Below are positions 1 through 12,810 of a stretch of DNA of 64,000 nt, in pieces (within the stretch, counting starts at the first letter, position 1; every line of letters starts with the position of its first letter). A model generated the notes under the pieces. The model saw only the letters and a program-made list of their open reading frames with translations. It did no database searches and had not been told where the DNA came from. The stretch is from Eledone cirrhosa (taxonomy: Eukaryota): positions 46,190,001 through 46,254,000 of the forward strand of contig OZ024743.1 of assembly GCA_964016885.1 (NCBI GenBank), given 5' to 3'. The position numbers were made by a program, and so were the translations under genes.

Positions 1-640
1 ATGTATATATATACATACAGGCACACATATATATATGCACGTATCAGTTTACCGAACATTTATTATAATGCTCGGTTTGTTCGTTTGTAAACAAACAAAC
101 AGCCTGAATTACGCCGTACAGTGTTTAGGCAACCACGTCACCTTTTTTTTTTTTTTTTTTTTGTTCAACACTGACACAGGAACGATGTACTAGTTTCAAG
201 CTTATTAGCTATCGTCAGCACCGTATACCTTTCTGCCAGATGGTTGAACGTCCGAAAGTATATACTTTCCTTATGAAAATTAACGGCTGAGCAGCCCAAT
301 TTGCATATCGAGTGAGTTCAGTCGGCCAGGCGCACCGAAAACGATAAATGGAATAGAATGAAACGAAATTTCATTTCTCACTCTTAGTACGGCACTTACT
401 TAAATGTAAGTATGTATGTATACGTACATACATATATGTATACAGACGTACAGTAGCATGTATATATATACATACAGGCACACATATATATGCACGTATG
501 AGTTTACCGAACATTTATTATAATGCTCGGTTTGTTCGTTTGTAAACAAACAAACAGCCTGAATTACGTCGTACAATGTTTAGGCAACCACGTCACCTTT
601 TTGTTCAACACTGACACAGGAACGATGTACTAGTTTCAAG

Positions 641-645
<5 letters not shown>
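1..645 (-). repeat. Tandem direct repeat (unit ~440-457 bp, ~1.4 copies visible) carrying a hammerhead ribozyme; ends in (TA)n
   Basis: 1-205 recurs at 458-645 (poly-T length differs); the second copy stops at AAGCTTAT and runs into (TA)n. Confidence 0.85.
182..224 (-). ncRNA. Minimal type-I hammerhead ribozyme
   Basis: Minus strand reads ACGGTG-CTGACGA-T-AGCT-AATA-AGCT-T-GAAAC-TA-GTA-CATCGT: intact core, stem I ACGGTG/CATCGT, stem II AGCT/AGCT, palindromic stem III ACTAGT, GUA cleavage triplet. Confidence 0.85.
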
Positions 646-676
<31 letters not shown>

Positions 677-681
<5 letters not shown>

Positions 682-785
682 CGATGATTTGATCAGAGAG
701 ACACACTGTATTTAAGGTCGAGTGACGCAATTTCGAGTGATTAGCGGCCTTTAGACTCACCTGATCAATGAAACAATTGTTAATA
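677..785 (+). ncRNA. Hammerhead-like motif with long stem II and CCGATGA core variant
   Basis: TATT-CCGATGA-T-TTGATCAG...CTGATCAA-T-GAAAC-AATT-GTT-AATA; palindromic AACAATTGTT stem III; U4 replaced by C; sits in a ~320 bp unit (681-1002) flanked by (TA)n. Confidence 0.6.
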
Positions 786-1420
786 CTGTAAATAAAACCC
801 TTTTTCTACAGCCGACCATGTTGTTCTTCACTCTTTCACTACTATTACTCTAAGAATGACCTACATGGGAATTCTCGTAAACTCACTGCCTAACTAAGGA
901 AACCTCTTGTTGAGGCAAACAACGCCGTGCGTTAAAACTATCCATAGTACAGAGTACTCACAACCTCTAACTGGATTACCCAAAACGATAACATGTTATC
1001 CCATATATATATATATATATATATATATGCGTGTGTGTGGGTGTGTATGCGTGCGTGTGTGTGTGCGTGCGCGCGTGTGTGTATGTGTTACGCAAACAAC
1101 TAACAAACCGCTCGAGTGGCGGTGTTCCTACTGGTATATAAAATTAAACTGTAGGAATGTATTATTATCAGACGATATTGTATAATATAACTATATGGAA
1201 ACTTTATTTAAACGATTGTAATTTGCATAGGCACCAATGATTCCTAAGATCGTATCATAGTTTGATATCTCTATTTAGTATTAGAGTTTGGGAAAACTCT
1301 AAATTCTTGTTCGAAAACTATAAAAAAAAATACTATAAGTGACAGACGCTGATTTTAATCACTTGCTTATCAGTAGATTCACCGCATTTAAAAACAGACT
1401 AAGGGACTAGGATGACAATA

Positions 1421-1620
1421 ATGGTTTCTTATATAGACACAAGGCCAGTAATTTTGGGGGAGGGGAAAGTTGATTAAATCGACCCCAGTACGTGACTGGT
1501 ACTTTATTTTATCGACTCTGTAAGGATGAAAGGCAAAGTTAACCTCGGCGGGATTTGAACTCAGATCATAAAGGGCCGTAACTCTATACCGTGAAGCATG
1601 GTGTCCAACGGTCTACCGAT
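1421..1620 (-). mobile_element. tRNA-derived SINE (octopus-type), 5'-truncated
   Basis: Reverse complement contains GAGTTCAAATCCCGCCGAGGTTAACTTTGCCTTTCATCC...GTCGATAAAATAAAGTACCAG, shared with many copies in the window; B-box-like GTTCAAATCC. Confidence 0.75.
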
Positions 1621-1633
1621 TCTTAATAATAAT

Positions 1634-1968
1634 GCTTTCTTGTTTTGTCACTATGGCCGAAACATAAAGGACAATACAAAAGAACAGAGACTGTGGGGAT
1701 TTACATAAAAACGTTTAGTTAAGAAACCTTACAGATCGGAAACCACCCTAATCACCAAGAGCACCCTAGGAAGACATCCCCCTCCTCCCAGAACTATCCA
1801 CCCACCTTTTAACAGATGTACTGGGGAGGCAGCACTTCTCTCTCCCCACTCAACTTCTTTTCCACGTGAAACTTGAAAACATTGATGAGGGATTGGTCGA
1901 AAATGAAAATGTCTGTCTTCAGTCATTTCAACCACGTCCACCACACAACCTCTGAGGAAAACTGCTTC
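1634..1968 (-). mobile_element. Degenerate 3' remnant of a Tx1-like element
   Basis: Residual EAVFL / EVVWWTWLK peptides and a 3' UTR similar to 5871-5940. Confidence 0.6.
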
Positions 1969-1977
1969 ATGATGGTG

Positions 1978-2009
<32 letters not shown>

Positions 2010-2103
2010 GATGATGATGGTGATGGTGGTGATGGTGGTGGTGATGATGGTGATGATGATGATGATGATGATGTGATGATGATGATGATGATGATGGTGG
2101 TGG

Positions 2104-2162
<59 letters not shown>

Positions 2163-2381
2163 GTGGTGATGATGGTGATGGTGGTGGTGATGTTGGTGGT
2201 GATGGTGATGGATGATGATGGTGATGATGATGATGATGGTGATGGTGATGGTGATGATGATGATGACGACGACGATGATGATGATGATGATGGTGATGAT
2301 GGTGATGGTGGTGGTGATGATGGTGATGATGGTGATGGATGATGATGGTGATGATGATGATGGTGATGGATGATGATGGTG

Positions 2382-2413
<32 letters not shown>

Positions 2414-2551
2414 GATGGTGATGATGGTGAAGGTGGTGGTGATGATGGTGATGATGGTGATGGATGATGATGGTGATGATGATGATGGTGATGGATGATG
2501 ATGGTGATGATGATGGATGATGATGATGATGATGGATGATGATGATGATGA

Positions 2552-2620
<69 letters not shown>
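1969..2620. repeat. Compound (ATG/GTG)n trinucleotide microsatellite
   Basis: Directly visible; it generates the spurious poly-His/Ser/Ile/Met ORFs. Confidence 0.95.
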
Positions 2621-2621
<1 letters not shown>

Positions 2622-3019
2622 CGGCAGCGGTGCTGTTGTTGCTGCTGAAGTCATTCTTTTTGTGAATTTTCACTCTTCCATCAATGACTTGATACACTGA
2701 CATTGAAATTCTCAAGAGATGGGAAAGGGAACTTGATAAGGTCATTGCAGCCTTGAGAGCCATGAATAAGAATTTGAAAGTAAACCTTGGATCACTATAC
2801 CTGAAAACCACAACCCTACATCAGATATAAAACACGGAAAGCTACAATAAAAATCTTGTATCGGAGACAGTAGAAGTAATCGTTGAAACTTCGAAGTCAC
2901 TTACACTCTTTTCTTCAGGAAATAAGGAAATAAGTCTTACTCTCTGCTCACATGTGTTGAATGTTCATTCAGTTAATGTTTAAACATTTTATATACACAT
3001 TTATTTAACTCATCCACTT

Positions 3020-3115
<96 letters not shown>

Positions 3116-3973
3116 ACGCTTACCGTTTATGTCCTTAAATTATCGTTTCGACAAAAAGAGATCGATATAATAAATACCAGAAACGAAAATATGTGATGTG
3201 GTCAATCTTGTCGACTAAATCCCTTCAAGATCGTGCCTCAGCATAAGTTGCTGTCTAATGACCGAAACCAGTAAAAGATTTTTTTTTTTTTTATAATAAT
3301 ATATGCGCTTATGTGAGTAGGATAGATATATTTCAGAAATTTATATAAAATTGCGAAACGAACTCTTTAACCACACAGCCATACCTACACCTAACTCGTT
3401 TTTATTTGTGCGCGGCGGGGAGGTGCTGTTTTCATATCTGAGGTGCAATTTCTTAAATAGTAGTTTTCAAACTATTTTCATTTTCGATATCAGATTTTTA
3501 TAATTTTTTTGGAATCAATCCATGAATTTATACATGAATATATTACTGACTAATACAAGATCGTAATTATTCAAAATATGTCTGTATTTGCATAATGGCA
3601 AATAGCAAGGATAGTCGTTTGCAAAAAAGTTGTCCATATTAACAAAAAAAAATGTTGTTTACCACCAAAATGTCGATCAGTTAAATCTGTCCCTGGTTCG
3701 AGACGAATATATATTTTTGAGATTATCAATTCGTGAAAATCAATACTTAGCGGAAAAATACATCATACGAAATGATTGATGCAGAAGAAAAAGTGTACAA
3801 ATGTTGATAAATATTTTATTTTGTAAATGATATAGACTTTTTTTATATAAACAACCATTAGGTATTACTAATGTACTGGTAGTCCTTTGTCGGTTTCAAA
3901 GATGACCATTCAGTAATTTGATCAACTGAACAACCAATTCACGAATTAGCGTGTAAATGATTGTGTTTTAAAA

Positions 3974-4157
3974 GGGCGGTGGATTGGTAGTAACGGTAGT
4001 CAGACGCCATGCTTTGTAGCATAAAGTTATGCCTTTACGGTATGAGTTCAAATCCCGCCGAGGTCAACTTTGTCTTCCATCCTTACGGGGTCGATAAAAT
4101 AAAGTACCAGTAATACACTGGGTAATTGCTGGCCTTGTGCCAAAAGTAGAAACAATT
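3974..4157 (+). mobile_element. tRNA-derived SINE (octopus-type)
   Basis: GGGCGGTGGATTGG head, GAGTTCAAATCCCGCCGAGG B-box region, CATCCTTACGGGGTCGATAAAATAAAGTACCAG body, GGCCTTGTGCC tail. Confidence 0.8.
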
Positions 4158-4658
4158 AGATACGTGTACTTTAAAGTAAATTGTCAGTCAAGATTAGCAT
4201 GATACAATTCGTGACAAAGCTAGACCTTTGAATTTCAGGTACAGTCCATCCAACAGGCTTCCACACAGTTTCCGTCTAACGAATTTCACTCACAAAGCTT
4301 AGATCGACGCAAGGTGGTGGCAAAAATATTTGTCCAAAATACGACGGGGTGGTATTGAACACAAAACCTCATAATTGCGAAGCAAACTACTTAAACACTC
4401 AGCCATGTCTGTAATAATACGTACTGAAATAAACTAAGGCTGTATATACTGATATAGGCGGCGAATTGGCAGAGTCGTTAGAAGGTCGGATCGAATGATT
4501 TATGGTATTTCGGTCGTCTCTTTTCGTTTTTGTGTGATGCGCGAAGGAACCAACCAACAAACATTTCTTTTTTAAATTATATATTAACTTTGCCTATCAT
4601 CCTTACAGGGTCGATAAATTAAAGTACCTTGTGGCCTTGTGCCACAAGTAGAAACAAT

Positions 4659-4706
<48 letters not shown>

Positions 4707-4727
4707 TATGTGTGTGTCTGTGTCTCC

Positions 4728-4830
<103 letters not shown>

Positions 4831-5126
4831 TATGTATGTTTTCCGAATATATTTTTTATATATTTTTGCTGTTGTTTTTAGAAATGTTTGTATCGACAAC
4901 TTATTTTTTCCTCCTATTTAGGGTGATTACTAAAAATATTCTTCTTTTACTGGTTCCAGTCAGTTGACTGCGGCAACGCTGGGGCAACTACATCAATTGA
5001 TTTAGTTGATCATATTGATCCCAATACTTATTGTTTTTCAGTCTGTTGTTTATTCTGTAGAACCGCTAAGTCACGGGACATAAACACAATAACAAAGGCA
5101 TACACAGCTGCACATGCATACATACA

Positions 5127-5190
<64 letters not shown>

Positions 5191-5245
5191 AAAATGAGGG
5201 GTTTTTTAAATGAAAAAAAAACTAGATGTCCTACACGAGTGAAAG

Positions 5246-5486
5246 TATAAGGAAAAAAGATGAGATCAAAAATGAACTGGAGTCTTTTTAAGAATATTTA
5301 TTTGTTTCCTTTACCGGTTTCACAGTTCTTATGCTTTTCAAAAGTAGAATTGAGATGGAGGAAAACCACAAACCCTCCATCTCAATTCTACTTTTGAAAA
5401 GCATAAGAACTGTGAAATCGGTAAAGGAAACAAATAAATATTCTTAAAAAGACTCCAGTTCATTTTCGATTTCATCTTTTTTTCCT

Positions 5487-5490
<4 letters not shown>
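5246..5490. repeat. Fold-back inverted repeat (~115 bp arms, 12 bp spacer) with a hammerhead 3' half (GAAAC-CG-GTA)
   Basis: 5246-5361 is the reverse complement of 5374-5490; GAAACCGGTA on minus at 5312-5321 and GAAATCGGTA on plus at 5414-5423; flanked by (TA)n. Confidence 0.85.
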
Positions 5491-5519
<29 letters not shown>

Positions 5520-5591
5520 ATATGTGTGTGTATGTGTGTGTGTGTATATATATATATATACACATATACAAATGTGTGTGTGTGTGTATGT

Positions 5592-5690
<99 letters not shown>

Positions 5691-5800
5691 GTGTGTGTGT
5701 GTGTGCGTGTCAGGATACGTATATGTATAGCCATGTTTACGTTTGAGTCTGTGTTTATGCCACGCAACTTATCGGTTCTATAAAATAAAGTAACGAATAT

Positions 5801-5850
<50 letters not shown>

Positions 5851-5870
5851 GGATAGATTGATAGATATAT

Positions 5871-8800
5871 TTCTTTATTTGCCAAAAGGGTGCACAAGAA
5901 AAGGGGACAATACAAATACACATGCCGGGGATTTTACATAGTCGTGTAAAAGTATTGAAACAAACGATTATAACAATCGAAATCCCCAATAGGAGGGAAG
6001 CCCCACAAATGGGTTGTTTAATACCCCGTCGATAGAACAACCCTCAACTTCAAGTGCGTGTTGTGCAAGTGCTTCCTTCTTCCTTTTGCTCTCTTCTTTA
6101 ACCTACAGGCTTATAAACAGAGAAGACCCAATCACTCGAGCCATTGTCGCTTCATTCACCCACCTTTCAGTAAATTTACTGGGGTGCAGTGCCTCTCTCT
6201 CCTCTCTGATTCTCCTTCTAAAGTGATACTTAAAGAAGGGAATCAATTGTTGTCCGGAGAGAAAGGCATCTGTTCTCAGTCCTCTCAATCTCGTCCACCA
6301 TATGACCTCTTGCACCATAGCCACTGTACAGAGGAAAACCGCCTCTCTTTCGTTTTTGAAAGAGGCTGGCGGTTTGATCCTTACTATGGACTCGGCAGTA
6401 AACTGGATTTGTCCCATACGCGACAGCAGTTGTTCTGCATAGTTCCACAGGTCGCTTACGCCCGGGCAGTATACAATTACGTGCAGGACGGTTTCAATGT
6501 CCTGCTCGCATCTTGGACACGTCCTCTTGGAAGGATCCCTACCGGGGCGTCTGTGCCTGTAGATCTTGTCTCGAATGGGTAGAGCTCCTCGGTAGCACTG
6601 CCAGGCCAGGCACCTCTGGAAGTTATCCATAGGTCCCGGGCGGAAAGTCCTACCGAACAGACTGGCAAGCTCGTCGTCTTCGACGCCTAGAGTCACCCCG
6701 AGCACGTCGTCGCACTTGTAAAGTACTAACCCTCTATAAAATGTCGAAGTGGAGTCTCCACTGATTTCTATGCCCGCTTGACAGAGGACTGTGAGCGCCT
6801 GGGCGCATTCAATGTGCTAGGCGCCCATCTTCTTCGGTCTTCGCTTGACCCAGGACTGCAGCTCCGTCAGCGAGACAAGTTGTGGGAAGGCCTGTCTCAC
6901 AAACGGTGCCCACACCGGTTGGTCGGTGAGGAATACCTGGAGATGCCGTAGCCTCAGCGCATGTTTGAACATCATTAGCCACGGCATGCCCAGCCCTCCG
7001 CTGGAAGGGTGTTGAAAGCAGACGGATCTCCTCACCAGTGGAGCCTGCTTCTTCCACAGGAACTGGAAGAGTATGCGTTCCATCTTGGTGAGGTATTCAC
7101 GAGGACAAGGCACGACAGTCAAGCGGTAGTAGATGACGGACGCTATGAAAGTGTTCGCCACCTCCGCTCGACCTTTCAAAGACAGCTTGCACTCTGTCCA
7201 CTTCTGGGTGAACGCAAATACCTTGGCCATGACCTCGTTTCAGTTTTTCTCCACCTGGAGGTCTGGACCGAACCAGACCCCGACGAATTTCACTGGTCCT
7301 TCCGTCCAGCGTCCGACAACGCTGTCGGACGGCATCAGTTTGCCTCTCCACGTTCCGAGTTGCAAACCGACAGATTTGTCCGGGTTCAGTTTTGCTCCTG
7401 TGAACCTTTCGTATTCCTGTAGTAGGTTGCCGATTACCTCGATTTCCGAGGTTTTCGACACCATTGCCGTCACGTCGTCGGCATAAGCCGACGCCGCTTT
7501 TCGCAGTCCCGGTTCTAAAGGGATGCCCTGCAAAACTCAAACTTCCGCAGTAGTGGCTCTAGAGTCAATACGTACAGAATGGGGGAGAGAGGGCATCCCT
7601 GTCGAATGGAACGCGTAATTGCGAACGGCTCCGATAAGTATCCGTTCACCTTGACCTTCGAGCAGATGCTGGTGTGCATCGCCTTGATCCAACCCCTGAA
7701 AACGGGACCGAAACCGGCCCCCTTGAGAACCGCTTCCAAGTCTCGATGGTCGACCCTATCGAATGCCTTAGACTGATCTAAATTGATCAGAGCCCCACCG
7801 AAGTCGGGTTTACACCCCACCCTCTCTATGATGTATCACATGAGGTGTAGGTTGTCGTGTATGGACCTGGTCGGGATTGCACACGTTTGCACTTTCCCTA
7901 CCAGGTTTTCGACGAGAAGCGCCAGCCTCGTTGCTAGCACCTTGGCCAAAATCTTTAACTCTGTGTTGAGCAAAGTTATGTGCCTGAAATTGTTTATTTC
8001 GTCCCCCTTGTTCTCGTCTTTCCTGATCAGCGATACTACGCCCTTGCCTGCAGAACTGGGAATTCTCCCGTTCTGCTGCCAATTGCAGTAGACGGCTTCG
8101 AGGACGCCAGAGAACAAGTCCGGCATGCCTATGTAATACTCATAGGGTAGACCATCTAGACCGGGTGACTTGCGTTTCCCGCAGTAGCTCAGAGCGTCCC
8201 GTATCTCAGTGGCTGTGATCGATCTTTCGCAGAACTCGGCGTCCATGCTCGAGAGACGCGGCAAGCCGTCGCGGTATGAACCAAAGTCCATTGCCCCGTT
8301 CGGTGCACCGTCGTTCTGCTCAAACAATCGCGCAAAGTGCCGCTGAAAGGCCGCGCACATCTGCCTGGGGTCAAGTAGCACGCGTCCGTTTTTGTCTTTC
8401 AAAGACCAAATCGTGGACTTGTTTCCACTTTTCGCTTCCGCCACTCGCGCCCAGCTAACAGCTTTTGCTCCCTCGTTTCCTAGAGCATGTGATTTACTTC
8501 TGACCACGCAGCCTACGTGTTTCGCGTCGAAGAACTGATCCAGTGCCGTTCTCTAGCCGCGTTGCCACTCCTACGCGCTTCTTCTACTAGTTCTGTTTCG
8601 GATTTGTTTTGCTCTAAAGGTAATTCTCTGCTAAACCCTATCGATTCTACTCTAATTGCTCTCTTGAGAGAGTACCACCATCTATTGTTGACGATGGCTC
8701 CCGTCAACTCTTGCTTAACTAATCTACTTATCCGTTCACTGTAGGCTTTTCGTGCCGGCAACGACACGTTCAGCTTCCAGTATCCGGGTCCTTGTCTATG

Positions 8801-9062
8801 TATTCTATCACGGTTGACTATGCAGACTACTAGTTTGTGATCTGAATAGGCAACCATGTGCATTTGTGGACAGCTTAACATCTTCTTGTCCTTCTCTCTA
8901 ATGAAAAACCTATCTAGATACGATCTAGATGTCCCGCTGCGGTTTGCCCACGTCCACTATGGTGCAGTCGGGAAATTTAGTCGATATCTATCGGCCAGTT
9001 GGAATTGGCCGATTAGATTTTTGAGGCTGTTGCACCCCGCTCTACTGGCACATGCTCTCACA
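5871..9062 (-). mobile_element. Tx1-clade non-LTR retrotransposon copy 1, 5'-truncated and decayed
   Basis: Fragmented ORF2 (SDH, KSPGLDG, LDQSKAFDRV, QGCPLS, AYADD, CPRC...HC) with stops and frameshifts; (GATA)n on both sides. Confidence 0.92.
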
Positions 9063-9348
9063 TAGATAGATAGATAGATAGATATATTTCTTTTATTTGC
9101 CACTAGGGCATCAAAAGTGGGACAAGTACAAAGGGGGGAGTTTACACAAAAAGGCGTCCTCAATAAGGAGAAGGCAATAACAAAATATAAAAATAAAATA
9201 AGATATAACAAAAAATAAAATTTTTAACAAAATCCTCAATAGAGAGGAGGCGCCTTGGGGGGTCGCACACACCCCCGAAAAAAGTGTGCAACCCTTCTCC
9301 TCAGGAGCACAGAGAAGGGGTGCTCCCTTGGTCTTTCATCTTCCTCAC

Positions 9349-12300
9349 CTATAGTCTGATGTAGAGTGAAGGCCCATTCACACGGGCCATTCTCGCCACT
9401 TTCACCCATCTTTCATAGAAACGGCTGGGGTGCAGCACCTCTCTCTCCATCCTGATCCTTCTTCCGAAATGATATCGGAAGAAACGGACCAGTTGTTGGC
9501 CAGAGAGAAAGGTGCCCGACCTCAGTCCTTTCAGACGCGTCCACCATACAACCTCTTTCGCCATGGCTATTACGCACAGAAACACCGCTTCTGCTTCATC
9601 TTTGAAGGGGGGAGGCGGCTTGATCATTACAATAGACTCGGTGGTCAACCGGATCGGTCCCACCCTTGACAGCAGTTGTTCGACATAGCCCCACAGATCG
9701 GCTACGCCCGAGCAGTGTACTAATGCGTGTGCAACGGTTTCCTCGTCGCACACGCATCTGGGACAGATCTTTTTGGCGAGGTCCCTACCCGGGCGCCCGT
9801 GTCTGTAGAGCCTTTCTCGAACGGGTAAAGCCCCTCGGTAGCACTGCCAGGCCAGGGACTTCTGGAAGTTGTCCATAGGTCCCGGGCTGAATGTCCTACC
9901 GAACAGGCTGGCCAGTTCGTCCTCCTCCATGTCTAGGGCTTCTCCGAGGGCGTCGTCGCACCTGCTGCGTACCAGCCCTCTATAGAATGTTGCGGTGGAG
10001 TCTCCACTGATAACCGGATCCGCCTGCCAGAGGGCGGTGAGCGCCTGGGCACACTCAGTGTGCCAGGCGCCCAGTTTTCTCGGTCTTTGCTTGACCCAGG
10101 ATTGCAGCTCGGTGAGTGAGACGAGTCTGGGAAAGGTTCGTCTCACAAACGAGGCCCACACCGGTTGTCCGGTGAGGAATACGTAGAGGTGCCGTAGCCT
10201 TAATGCGTGTTTACGCATCATTAGCCACGGCATCCCCAGCCCTCCTTTCGAAGGGTGTTGACAGCAGATGGATCTCCTCACCATAGGAGCCCGCCTCTTC
10301 CAAAGGAATTGGAAGAGCGCGCGCTCCATCTTGGTGAGGGTTTCCCTTGGGCAGGGCACTACGGTCAGGCGGTAGTAGATGACGGACGCTATGTAGGTGT
10401 TTGCCACCTCCGCCCGACCTTTCAGGGATAGTTTGCAACTGGCCCACTTCTGGGTCAGTGCAAACACCCTGTTCGTAACCTCCGCCCAGTTTTTCTCCAC
10501 CTGGAGGTCCGGTCCGAACCAGACCCCGAGCAACTTCACCGGGCCCTCCGTCCAGCGTCCGACGACGCTATCGGAGGGCATCGGTCTGCCCCTCCACGTG
10601 CCGAGTTGCAAACCGATCGACTTGTCCCGGTTCAGCTTAGCCCCTGTGAACTTTTCGTACTCCTCCAGTAAGGTGCCGACCGCCTCGATTTCGGAGGCCG
10701 TCGACACCATTACTGTCACGTCATCGGCGTAGGCCGACACCGCTTTCCGCAATCCCGGTTCCAAAGGGATGCCCTGCAACAACTCCAACTTCCGCAGTAG
10801 TGGCTCGAGAGTCAACACATACAGAAGGGAGGAGAGAGGGCACCCTTGTCGGATGGACCGCGCGATTTTGAACGGCTCCGAGAGGTAGCCGTTCACCTTG
10901 ACCCTAGAGCAGATGCGGCTGCTGTGCATAGCAGTGATCCAGCCCCTGAAAACGGGTCCGAAGCCTGCCGCCGCTAGCACCGCATCCAGGTAACCATGGT
11001 CGACCCTATCGAACGCCTTAGATTGATCCAAGTTGATCAGAGCCCCACCAAAGCCGGGTTCGTTCCCAACCCTCTCTATGATGTATCGCATGAGGTGGAG
11101 GTTGTCATGGATGGACCTGGACGGGATAGCGCATGTCTGCGCATCTCCCACCAGGTTGCCCACGACAAGCGCCAACCTCTTTGCTAGCACCTTGGCCAAA
11201 ATCTGTAACTCTGTATTTAGCAGAGTTATGGGCCTGAAGTTACTTATTTCGTCCCCCTTGTTCTCGTCCTTCCTCACTAGCGTGACTACGCCCTTGGTCA
11301 CAGTACAGGGAATTCTCCCGTTCTGTTGCCAGTTGCAGTAGACCGCCTCGAGGAGATCGGGGAACAAGTCCGGCATAGCTAGATATAATTCGTAAGGAAG
11401 ACCATCGAGACCCGGGGATTTGCGTTTGCCGCATTGGCTCAGCACGTCCTCTATCTCAGCGGCCGAAATCGGTTCCTCGCAGGACTTCGCCTCCCTGTCC
11501 GAGAGGCGCGGCAGGCCGTCGAGGTATGGACCGAAGTCCACGTTCCCAACCGGCTCCCCGCCCCTCCCGAACAGTCGGGCAAAGTGCCTTTGAAAGGCCT
11601 CACACATCTGCTTAGGCTCAAGAATCGCCCGTCCATCCAGGTCTCGCAAAGACCGGATGGTGGATTTAGTTCCACTGTTGGCCTCTGTCACGCGGGCCCA
11701 GCTAACAGCTTTGGTCCCCTCGTTCCCTAGAGCACGTATTTTACTTCGGACAACGCAGCCTTCGTGCTTCGCGTCGAAAAACTGGCTCAAAGCCGTTCTC
11801 GACGCTAGCACTCTGGCCACGTCGCCGCTTCTAATTGCCTCTTCTACTCTATCTATTAGCTCCCTTTCCTTCCTATTCCTATCCGCAGCTAGAACCTTAC
11901 TAAATTCTATCGAGACTACTCTAATCTCTCTCTTTAGAGATACCCACCACCTGCTGTTGACGATCGCTCCAGTCAACCGTTCCTTAACTAACGTACTAAT
12001 CCGATTCCTGTAGGCTCTACTTGCCGGCAAGGACAAGTTGAGCTTCCAGTAACCGGGGCCCTGTCTATGAGTTCTGTCGAGGTTGACCATGCAGGTCACT
12101 AATTTGTGGTCTGAATAGCCAACAATGCGCATTTTTGGACAACTTAAAAAGTCCTTATCCTTAATTCTAACTAAGAACCTATCTAGGTACGACCTAGATG
12201 ATCCGCTACGATTTGCCCAAGTCCAGGTTGGCGCAGTCGGAAAATCTAGTCGATATCTATCGGCCAGGTCAAATCGACCGATTAACCCTTTGAGGCTATT

Positions 12301-12786
12301 ACACCCCTCTCTATCTGGGCAGGCCCCTACGTAGTCCCAGCGTGCATCTAGGATACCATTCCAGTCCCCCACTAATAGCAAGGAGCGGGACGTCCCTAGA
12401 AAAGTCTCCAGACGATGGAAGAAGTCCGGCCGCATTGACCCGAAAGGGCCGTAGGCGGCTACCAACCTAAACGCTCCGCCTTTACCACTGCCAAGGTCCA
12501 GAACCACTAGTCGACCCTCCGGGTCCAAATGTACCATCTGTGTTGCGAGACCCAGATGTTTTTGCAGCAGAACGACAACTCCACCCCCACCTCCGGGCTG
12601 ACAGAGAGATGCGTGCATCTCAAAGTCATCAAAGGTGGGGGCCAGCTGTCGCACGTTGCTGATCCGGGCCTCGCAAATAACCATCACATCTATACGTTGT
12701 GACCTGAGGTCATTTAGAAGCATTGCTTGCTTCCAAGTTGAGCCCAGGCCACGCGCATTTAAACAGCCTACTCTTAGCATAGCCAT
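9349..12786 (-). CDS. ORF2: APE endonuclease, reverse transcriptase and C-terminal CCHC zinc finger
   Basis: APE motifs CLNARGL, GDWN, YLDRF, SDH; RT motifs KSPGLDG, FRPITLLN, DQSKAFDRV, RQGCPLS, YADD; CPRC-x8-H-x4-C. The first ATG is at 12786 and the frame is open from 12810. Confidence 0.95.
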   Translation of the reverse strand: MAMLRVGCLNARGLGSTWKQAMLLNDLRSQRIDVMVICEARISNVRQLAPTFDDFEMHASLCQPGGGGGVVVLLQKHLGLATQMVHLDPEGRLVVLDLGSGKGGAFRLVAAYGPFGSMRPDFFHRLETFLGTSRSLLLVGDWNGILDARWDYVGACPDREGCNSLKGLIGRFDLADRYRLDFPTAPTWTWANRSGSSRSYLDRFLVRIKDKDFLSCPKMRIVGYSDHKLVTCMVNLDRTHRQGPGYWKLNLSLPASRAYRNRISTLVKERLTGAIVNSRWWVSLKREIRVVSIEFSKVLAADRNRKERELIDRVEEAIRSGDVARVLASRTALSQFFDAKHEGCVVRSKIRALGNEGTKAVSWARVTEANSGTKSTIRSLRDLDGRAILEPKQMCEAFQRHFARLFGRGGEPVGNVDFGPYLDGLPRLSDREAKSCEEPISAAEIEDVLSQCGKRKSPGLDGLPYELYLAMPDLFPDLLEAVYCNWQQNGRIPCTVTKGVVTLVRKDENKGDEISNFRPITLLNTELQILAKVLAKRLALVVGNLVGDAQTCAIPSRSIHDNLHLMRYIIERVGNEPGFGGALINLDQSKAFDRVDHGYLDAVLAAAGFGPVFRGWITAMHSSRICSRVKVNGYLSEPFKIARSIRQGCPLSSLLYVLTLEPLLRKLELLQGIPLEPGLRKAVSAYADDVTVMVSTASEIEAVGTLLEEYEKFTGAKLNRDKSIGLQLGTWRGRPMPSDSVVGRWTEGPVKLLGVWFGPDLQVEKNWAEVTNRVFALTQKWASCKLSLKGRAEVANTYIASVIYYRLTVVPCPRETLTKMERALFQFLWKRRAPMVRRSICCQHPSKGGLGMPWLMMRKHALRLRHLYVFLTGQPVWASFVRRTFPRLVSLTELQSWVKQRPRKLGAWHTECAQALTALWQADPVISGDSTATFYRGLVRSRCDDALGEALDMEEDELASLFGRTFSPGPMDNFQKSLAWQCYRGALPVRERLYRHGRPGRDLAKKICPRCVCDEETVAHALVHCSGVADLWGYVEQLLSRVGPIRLTTESIVMIKPPPPFKDEAEAVFLCVIAMAKEVVWWTRLKGLRSGTFLSGQQLVRFFRYHFGRRIRMEREVLHPSRFYERWVKVARMARVNGPSLYIRL

Positions 12787-12810
12787 GTTGGTGGTGAAGA
12801 GAAAAGGCAC

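Noticed and set aside
1729-2811. 360-aa His/Ser/Ile-rich ORF and overlapping poly-Met ORFs
   Set aside because: Translation of an (ATG/GTG)n microsatellite; the flanking unique part has no recognisable domain.
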